Source of the DNA: Gemmatimonadota bacterium
GTDB taxonomy: Bacteria > Gemmatimonadota > Gemmatimonadetes > Palauibacterales > Palauibacteraceae
Direction: 5' to 3'
DNA length: 26,545 nucleotides
Assembly: GCA_046758745.1 (NCBI GenBank)
Contig: JBHIAV010000041.1
Coordinates: forward strand, 1-26,545
Positions 17,800 to 23,824 of the stretch are shown here, in pieces (positions within the stretch are counted from its first letter, which is position 1; the number at the start of each line of letters is the position of its first letter). The translations under genes and the position numbers were made by a program. The notes beneath the pieces are model-generated. The model was not told the origin of the DNA, did no database searches, and saw only the letters and a program-made list of their open reading frames with translations.

Positions 17800-18774
17800 T
17801 TAGCGCCTCCGCCGGATCACGTAGTCCGCGATCTCCCGCAGCTCCACCCCATTCGGGAACCGATCGAGCTCGCGACGCGCCCGCTCCGCCAGCTCACGGC
17901 TGATCCGCTCCGCCTCCTCCAGGCCGAAGAGCGCCGGGTAGGTCGCCTTCCCGAGAGCCACGTCGCGGCCGCTCTGTTTGCCGAGCTCCTGGTCCGTTCC
18001 CGTCAGGTCCAGGATGTCGTCCACGGCCTGGAAGGCGAGGCCGAGGCGGTACCCGAAGCGGGAGAGGCCGGCCAGCACCTCTTCCTCGGCGCCCGCGGCG
18101 ATCCCGCCCATGACCACGGAGGCGGCGATCAGCGCCGCGGTCTTCCCGGCGTGGATCCTCTCCAGCTCCTCGCGCATCACGCGCCGTCCTTCCGCGCGCA
18201 GGTCGAGGAGCTGACCGCCCACCATAGCGCGGGCCCCTGCCGCGGTGGTGAGCGTGGTGATGAGCCGACGCACGGCGGTCTCCGGCAGCCCCAGCGTCTC
18301 ACCGGCGTGCCAGATCGTACGAACCGCCAGCGGCATGAGGGCCGCTCCGGCGAGGACGGCCGCCGGCACCCCGAAGCGGACGTGCAGCGTGGGCCGCCCG
18401 CGGCGCAGGACATCGTCGTCCATGCACGGCAGGTCGTCGTGCGCCAGCGAATAGGCGTGCACGAGCTCCACGCTGCACGCGAGCTCTGCCACCCCGGCGT
18501 GTCTCCCTCCGCAAGCGCGGTACGCCCCGATCAGGAGGAGGGGGCGAAGGCGCTTCCCGGGACCGAGAACGGCGTAGCGGATCGGATCGCCCACTGCGGG
18601 GGGGAGCCCATCCATCTCCCGCTCGATGAGCAGCTCGAGAGCCCGTTCGACATCGGCCTGCATGGAGGCCACCACCCCTCCCCCGGGCGGGTCCGCCAAC
18701 CCTCCGCCGCCGCGTCCGGCCGCGGCCATCCCGCCCGACTCGGCGAGGGCCGCGCCCTCGACCTCAGCTCCCAT
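17800..18774 (-). CDS. ispA: Polyprenyl synthetase (farnesyl/geranylgeranyl diphosphate synthase)
   Basis: GKRLRP; FARM SLAHDDLPCMDDDVLRRGRPT; GGQLLDL; KTAALI; SARM FQAVDDILD; GKATYP. The start may lie at a downstream ATG, because the first ~35 aa are Gly/Ala-rich. Confidence 0.93.
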   Translation of the reverse strand: MGAEVEGAALAESGGMAAAGRGGGGLADPPGGGVVASMQADVERALELLIEREMDGLPPAVGDPIRYAVLGPGKRLRPLLLIGAYRACGGRHAGVAELACSVELVHAYSLAHDDLPCMDDDVLRRGRPTLHVRFGVPAAVLAGAALMPLAVRTIWHAGETLGLPETAVRRLITTLTTAAGARAMVGGQLLDLRAEGRRVMREELERIHAGKTAALIAASVVMGGIAAGAEEEVLAGLSRFGYRLGLAFQAVDDILDLTGTDQELGKQSGRDVALGKATYPALFGLEEAERISRELAERARRELDRFPNGVELREIADYVIRRRR

Positions 18775-19024
18775 TCTCCCCGGTCTCCTCGTGGGGCGGC
18801 TCGAAGCCGATCGCCTTCAGATCACCGGATGCGGTCTCGATCAGCTCCTCCACCGCTCCACGCGCCTCCACAAGGAGGCGGGTGGCGGCGCGCAGATGCC
18901 CCATCCCCGCCTCGAAGAGGGAGAGGGCCTCCTCGAGATCCAGCTCGTTTCCATCGAGCCTCCGCACGATGCGCTCCAGCTCTGCGAGGGCGCTCTCGAA
19001 ATCCGGCGAACCATCAGTCGCCAC
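18764..19024 (-). CDS. xseB: Exodeoxyribonuclease VII small subunit
   Basis: FESALAELERIVRRLDGNELDLEEALSLFEAG; GTG at 19024 after a purine-rich SD; follows xseA. Confidence 0.95.
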   Translation of the reverse strand: MATDGSPDFESALAELERIVRRLDGNELDLEEALSLFEAGMGHLRAATRLLVEARGAVEELIETASGDLKAIGFEPPHEETGENGS

Positions 19025-20318
19025 GCTCTTCCCCCTTCTCGACGGGCTCCACGCCGAGGACGCGGCTCCGAACCCGGCCGTCCACCACCCGGAGGTCGAA
19101 CTCCATTCCGGACGTGAAGCGATCGCGCGTTCGCAGCACCTTCCCACCGCTGCCCAGCGGCACGGCGTAGCCGCGGCTCAGGGTGCGCAGCGGGCTCAGC
19201 ACCTCCAGCCGTCCGGCGGCGAGAGCCAGCCGCCCTTCGAGCCGCTCCATACGAAGCCGCGCGGTCTCCACGAGCCGTGACATGGCCCGCAGGGCACGCT
19301 CCTCGCCCCGCCGAGCCCGCCCGCGAAGTCCGGCCACCAGACCCTCGGCGAGCCCGCGGAGCTCCGCCTGGATCTTCTCCCCATCGGGAACCACCATCTC
19401 GGCCGCCGCCGACGGGGTGGGGGCGCGGACGTCGGCCACGAGATCGGAGATCGTGATGTCGATCTCGTGCCCTACGGCCGACACGGTGGGGATCGGAGAG
19501 GCGGCGATCGCCCGCGCCACGACCTCTTCGTTGAACGGCCACAGGTCTTCCACCGACCCGCCACCCCTGGTGAGGATGATGACGTCCACACTCCCTTCGC
19601 GCACCAGGCGATCCAGCGCGGCCACGATGTCGGCCGCCGCGTCCTCCCCCTGCACACGGCAGTCCGAGAGGAGAACGCGCGTCCACGGGGCGCGGCGCCG
19701 GATCACCGTCAGAACGTCCCGCACCGCGGCTCCGGTCCGCGAGGTGACCACGCCGATGCGCGCGGGGACCCGCGGGAGGGGTCGCTTGCGTGCCGGATCG
19801 AGCAGGCCCTCAGCTGCCAGCCGGCTCCGCAGTCGCTCGAACGCAAGCCTCCACAGCCCTTCCCCCTTCGCCTCGAGGGCACGGACGATGAGCTGGTACG
19901 CGCCCCGGGCCTCGTACAGGGAGACCTGGCCGAAGGCGCACACCTCCATCCCCTCCTCGGGCTCCGTCGGCAGCCGGGCGGCGTCCAGGCGGAACATCAC
20001 GCAGGAGAGCTGTGCCGTGTCGTCGCGCAAGCTGAAGTAACAGTGCCCGGAGGCGACGCGGCGCCAGTTCGCCACCTCGCCCACCACCCACAGGGGACGG
20101 ATCGCCGACTCCAGGATCTCGCGCGCCGCAGCGTTGAGGGAGGAGACCGAGATCGCCGTATCGGGCGTCGTTCCGGGAGGCGGCGCCTCGTCGAGTCGCT
20201 CGCCCGGAGCCGGATCGCCCACCGGCCCGCCTCTCGACGGCCTCCCGCTTCCCCCGTCCGGACCGGGAGACTCGGGCCTCAGCGCCTCGAAGAACGAGGT
20301 CTGCCGTTCGTCGCTCAA
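19014..20318 (-). CDS. xseA: Exodeoxyribonuclease VII large subunit
   Basis: LWVVGEVAN..SGHCYFSLRD (OB fold); GVVTSRTGAAVRD; RGGGSVEDLWPFN; SAVGHEID; ADVRAPTPSAAAE; LSPLRTLSRGYA. Start inferred at TTG 20318, 5 nt after the folD stop. Confidence 0.95.
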   Translation of the reverse strand: MSDERQTSFFEALRPESPGPDGGSGRPSRGGPVGDPAPGERLDEAPPPGTTPDTAISVSSLNAAAREILESAIRPLWVVGEVANWRRVASGHCYFSLRDDTAQLSCVMFRLDAARLPTEPEEGMEVCAFGQVSLYEARGAYQLIVRALEAKGEGLWRLAFERLRSRLAAEGLLDPARKRPLPRVPARIGVVTSRTGAAVRDVLTVIRRRAPWTRVLLSDCRVQGEDAAADIVAALDRLVREGSVDVIILTRGGGSVEDLWPFNEEVVARAIAASPIPTVSAVGHEIDITISDLVADVRAPTPSAAAEMVVPDGEKIQAELRGLAEGLVAGLRGRARRGEERALRAMSRLVETARLRMERLEGRLALAAGRLEVLSPLRTLSRGYAVPLGSGGKVLRTRDRFTSGMEFDLRVVDGRVRSRVLGVEPVEKGEERGD

Positions 20319-20323
20319 GGAGG

Positions 20324-21229
20324 TCAGGCGGCGCCGGCCGTGGGGCGCTTCGCCAGCCGCCGCGCCGCCGCCACGGTGTTCTTGAGCAGCATGGCGATGG
20401 TCATCGGCCCGACGCCGCCGGGCACCGGCGTGATCCAGGAAGCCTTCTCTCTGACCTCGTCGAACGCGACGTCCCCGACGAGACGATAGCCGGAGGGACG
20501 CGAAGGATCCTCGACCCGGTTCACACCCACGTCGATGACGACCGTGCCCTCTGTCACCATGTCGGCGGTCACCATGTGCGGCCGGCCGATGGCCACGATC
20601 AGGATGTCGGCGAGACGGGTGATCGCGCCGAGGTCCCGCGTCCGGCTGTGGGCGATCGTCACGGTGGCGTTCGCCCACGGCTGTTTCTGGGAGAGAATGG
20701 CCGCCATCGGGCGGCCGACGATGTTCGAGCGCCCGACGATCACCGCGTGCTTCCCCATCGGGTCCACGTCGATGCGCCGCAGCATCTCCTGGATTCCGGC
20801 CGGCGTGGCGGGACGGAAGGCGTTCGGGTCGCCGCTCATCACGCGCCCCACGTTCCACGGGTGGAAGCCATCCACATCCTTGGCAGGCGACACGCTCTGC
20901 ATGACGAGCGGCGTGTCGACGTGGTCCGGGAGGGGTAGCTGCACCAGGATCCCGTGCACCGCCGGGTCCTCGTTGAGATCCCGCAGGGCGCCGAGGATCC
21001 GGTCCTGCGAGACATCCGCCGGCATCCGCACGTCGCGAGCCTCGATCCCCGCCTCTCGCGCCGCCTTCCCCTTCATCCCGACGTACACGTGAGAGGATGG
21101 ATGGTCGCCGATCAGCACCACCGCGAGCCCGGGGACCATCCCCTCGGCCTGAAGCTCCGCCACCTCGCGGGAGACCTCGGCGCGCACCGCCCGCGCGATC
21201 TCCTTCCCGTCGATGAGCCGAGCCGTCAT
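20324..21229 (-). CDS. folD: Bifunctional methylenetetrahydrofolate dehydrogenase/cyclohydrolase
   Basis: LIDGKEIA; PGLAVVLIG; HGILVQLPLP; KDVDGFHPWN; GRSNIVGRP; VIDVGVNR; TPVPGGVGPMTIAMLLKNT; strong SD. Confidence 0.98.
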   Translation of the reverse strand: MTARLIDGKEIARAVRAEVSREVAELQAEGMVPGLAVVLIGDHPSSHVYVGMKGKAAREAGIEARDVRMPADVSQDRILGALRDLNEDPAVHGILVQLPLPDHVDTPLVMQSVSPAKDVDGFHPWNVGRVMSGDPNAFRPATPAGIQEMLRRIDVDPMGKHAVIVGRSNIVGRPMAAILSQKQPWANATVTIAHSRTRDLGAITRLADILIVAIGRPHMVTADMVTEGTVVIDVGVNRVEDPSRPSGYRLVGDVAFDEVREKASWITPVPGGVGPMTIAMLLKNTVAAARRLAKRPTAGAA

Positions 21230-21319
21230 CCGACCTCCTTCTCCTCCTCCCGCACGGCCTGTGTTGCTGATGCGTCGGTGGCCGGAGCGGCTACCTGTCC
21301 CTCCGGCTCATTCGGAGAG

Positions 21320-22882
21320 TCAGCGGGCGAAGTCCACGGAGCGTGTCTCGCGCACCACCACCACCTTGATCTGACCCGGGTACTGAAGCTCCTCCTCGAT
21401 GCGGCGCGCCGTCTGCTCGCTCAGCTCGGCCATCTCTTCGTCCGTGATTCGGTCCGGCATGACCATGATGCGGATCTCGCGCCCGGCCTGGATGGCGTAC
21501 ACCTTCTCCACTCCCGCGTACGACGCGGCGATCTCCTCCAGCTTCGCCAGGCGCTTCACGTAGTGCTCGAAGGACTCGCGGCGAGCGCCGGGACGAGCGC
21601 CGGAGATGGCATCCGCCGCCGTCACGAGGAAGGTCTCGGGGAAGTGTGCCGGCTCCTCGCCGTGGTGAGCCCGAATGGCGTTCAGCACCGGCTCCTTCTC
21701 GCCGAAGCGCTTGCACAGCTCGTAGCCGAGCTCTACGTGGCTCCCTTCCTGCTCGTGCGTGAGACCCTTGCCGATGTCGTGGAGGAGGCCCATTCGCTTG
21801 CACAGCTGCCCGTCCAGGCCGAGCTCGACGGCCATCCCTGCGGCCAGAAGGGCCACCTCCTTGGCGTGCTGCAGCTGGTTCTGTCCGTAGCTCGTTCGGA
21901 ACTTCAGATGGCCGAGGGTCTCCACGAGCTGCGGGTGCAGGTCGTGGATGCCGAGCTCGTAGAGAATCTGCTCGGCCGCCTCCTGCATCTCCGTCTTCAC
22001 CTCCTCGCGCGCCCGATCCACCACCTCCTCGATGCGTCCCGGGTGGATGCGGCCATCCCCGACCAGCCGTTGCATGGCGATCCGCGCGACCTCACGTCGC
22101 ACGGGATCGAAGCTCGACAGAATGACCGCCTCCGGGGTGTCGTCTACCACGACATCGACACCCGTGGCCGCCTCGAACGATCGGATGTTACGACCCTCGC
22201 GGCCGATGATGCGCCCCTTCATCTCGTCGTTCGGTAGGGGGACCACGGAGACCGTGACCTCCGAAGCGTGGTCTACCGAGAGCTTCTGGATCGTCATGGA
22301 GATGATCTTCTTCGCTTCACGCTCCGCATCCCGGCGAGCCCGTTCCTTGATCTCGCGCACGCTCTGGGCCGCCTGCGCCTTCGCCTCGTCCTCGATCTGC
22401 GAGATGAGCTCACGGCGGGCCGCCTCGGCGCCGAGCCCGGCGATCGACTCGAGCTTCTGCTGCACCCGGCCCTCCGCGGCGCTCAGCGCGGCGCCCTGTT
22501 GTCTCAGCTCCTCGTCGCGCGTGTCCAGCTCCTTCGATCGGGACTCGAGGCGGGCACCTCTTTCCTCGAGGAGCGCGAGCTTCCGGTCGAGCAGCTCCTC
22601 GCGCTCGGCCACGCGGGATTCGATCCGCTCGATCTCGAGACGCCGCTGGTCAGCTTCCTTCTCCCACTCCTGCTTGAGCCGGTAGGCCTCCTCCTTGCCG
22701 GCCAGCTCGGCCCCCCTGCGGATGTTGTCGGCCTCCCGCCGGGCCGTATCGCGGATCCGCTCGGCCTGCTCCTCGGCGCTCCCGCGGTAGCGAACTTCGC
22801 GTCGTCGTTCGAACCGTATGCCGAGGAGGGAACCCAGGATGAGGGCGAGAACAGCGGCCAGGGCGACCGTCAAAAGGGTCAT
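21320..22882 (-). CDS. rny: Ribonuclease Y
   Basis: N-terminal TM; coiled coil; KH domain MKGRIIGREGRNIR; RTSYGQN; HD domain LLHDIGK; ADAISGARPGARRE; LQYPGQIKV. ATG at 22882 after GGAG. Confidence 0.97.
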   Translation of the reverse strand: MTLLTVALAAVLALILGSLLGIRFERRREVRYRGSAEEQAERIRDTARREADNIRRGAELAGKEEAYRLKQEWEKEADQRRLEIERIESRVAEREELLDRKLALLEERGARLESRSKELDTRDEELRQQGAALSAAEGRVQQKLESIAGLGAEAARRELISQIEDEAKAQAAQSVREIKERARRDAEREAKKIISMTIQKLSVDHASEVTVSVVPLPNDEMKGRIIGREGRNIRSFEAATGVDVVVDDTPEAVILSSFDPVRREVARIAMQRLVGDGRIHPGRIEEVVDRAREEVKTEMQEAAEQILYELGIHDLHPQLVETLGHLKFRTSYGQNQLQHAKEVALLAAGMAVELGLDGQLCKRMGLLHDIGKGLTHEQEGSHVELGYELCKRFGEKEPVLNAIRAHHGEEPAHFPETFLVTAADAISGARPGARRESFEHYVKRLAKLEEIAASYAGVEKVYAIQAGREIRIMVMPDRITDEEMAELSEQTARRIEEELQYPGQIKVVVVRETRSVDFAR

Positions 22883-22940
22883 GTTTCGGCTCCGCATTCT
22901 ATCGCTGGGGCCGTGGTGGCCCTTTGGCTCCGATCGGCAC

Positions 22941-22973
22941 AACAAAAAGCCGGCGGATCAAACGTCCGCCGGC
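22941..22973 (-). terminator. Intrinsic terminator about 60 nt upstream of rny
   Basis: Minus strand GCCGGCGGA-CGTTTGA-TCCGCCGGC-TTTTTGTT: a 9-bp perfect stem followed by a U-tract. Confidence 0.9.
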
Positions 22974-23102
22974 CTGGAGCCTCGAAGTGCCGAACGTGCG
23001 CGGCCATCAGCCGCCCAGCGTTGCGATCTATTCGTTACGAATACCGGTCGCTTGCCCGCGGACGAAGTCCGTCTTCATCAAGTTGGCCCGTCTCCTTGCA
23101 GG
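22941..23102 (-). ncRNA. Structured non-coding RNA between zapA and rny; 6S RNA candidate or rny leader
   Basis: 245-bp gap with no credible ORF; ends in a terminator; central hairpin GCGA..TATTCG-TAA-CGAATA..TCGC; further pairings allow a rod-like fold. Downstream of zapA is a known 6S RNA locus. The 5' end is uncertain. Confidence 0.5.
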
Positions 23103-23108
23103 ATGCAA
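23080..23108 (-). promoter_or_regulatory. Possible sigma70 promoter for the intergenic RNA
   Basis: Minus strand TTGCAT-17 nt-CAACTT; weak -10 element. Confidence 0.3.
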
Positions 23109-23127
23109 GCGCGTGGAGACCGCGGCC

Positions 23128-23424
23128 CTACTCCTTCGCGAGGGCTGCATCGATGCTTCGGCGCAGGGCCGAGAGCCGATCGATCACCATGCGGGTCTGC
23201 TCGCCCGCGCCCTCGCGGCACGTGAAGAGCTCGTCGGTGATCTGCATGGCGCCGAGGATCGCGGCCTTGTGAGGCTCGGAGACATGCCCGTGGACGTGCG
23301 CCTGCTGGATGGCGTCGTCCACGTGACGAGCGCACAGTCGGGTGTACTCGGTCCCCTTCTCCGAGCGAATCGCGTAGTCCTCTCCGAAGATCGTGACGCG
23401 TATGCTCTTCGGCTCCTCGCTCAT
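23128..23424 (-). CDS. zapA: Cell division protein ZapA
   Basis: IRVTIFGEDYAIRS...ARHVDDAI...KAAILGAMQITDELF; ATG at 23424 with SD GGAGGAGG; pheT-zapA-rny context. Confidence 0.9.
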   Translation of the reverse strand: MSEEPKSIRVTIFGEDYAIRSEKGTEYTRLCARHVDDAIQQAHVHGHVSEPHKAAILGAMQITDELFTCREGAGEQTRMVIDRLSALRRSIDAALAKE

Positions 23425-23513
23425 GCTTCCCTCCTCCGACACGCGATTGAGATACGCGCGGAGGCCCTCCGCACGAAACACCGCATGGTTGGCCGCACCG
23501 ACGAGTTCATCAC
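23421..23513 (-). other. Candidate 30-aa bridging ORF between the ZapB-like gene and zapA
   Basis: GTG at 23513 and ATG at 23510 overlap the upstream TGA; the ORF ends in a TGA overlapping the zapA ATG (ATGA). Confidence 0.3.
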
Positions 23514-23824
23514 GCCTTGTCGTCCTCGACAATCCGAAGCCGCTGCCGGATGCGCTCCGCGCGCTGCCTCCCCTCCGCGATGACCCGGTGCAGATGCTCG
23601 TTCTCCTCGGCAAGCTCGGCGAGCCTCGCCTCCAGGTCCTGCGGGCCCAGCCCATCGACACGGGCCGCCTCCAGGGCGTGCTGGATTCCCAGGTGCGCCG
23701 TTTCGGCCCTCTCTACGCGCGCTCGGAGCTCGCTCAGCTCGGTGAGAAGCCGGCCGACCGCCTCCTCGAGCTGCGTGACGACCCTTTCGACGCTCGAGCC
23801 ATCAGGAGGATCGTACTCGGACAT
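23510..23824 (-). CDS. ZapB-like coiled-coil protein
   Basis: MSEYDPPDGSSVERVVTQLEEAVGRLLTELSELRARVERAE...LEARLAELAEENEHLHRVI; heptad pattern; overlaps the pheT end by 23 nt and precedes zapA. Confidence 0.75.
   Translation of the reverse strand: MSEYDPPDGSSVERVVTQLEEAVGRLLTELSELRARVERAETAHLGIQHALEAARVDGLGPQDLEARLAELAEENEHLHRVIAEGRQRAERIRQRLRIVEDDKA

Noticed and set aside
20319..20858. 180-aa N-terminal extension of XseA given by the ORF track
   Set aside because: Overlaps folD out of frame; a TTG just after the folD stop is the more plausible start.
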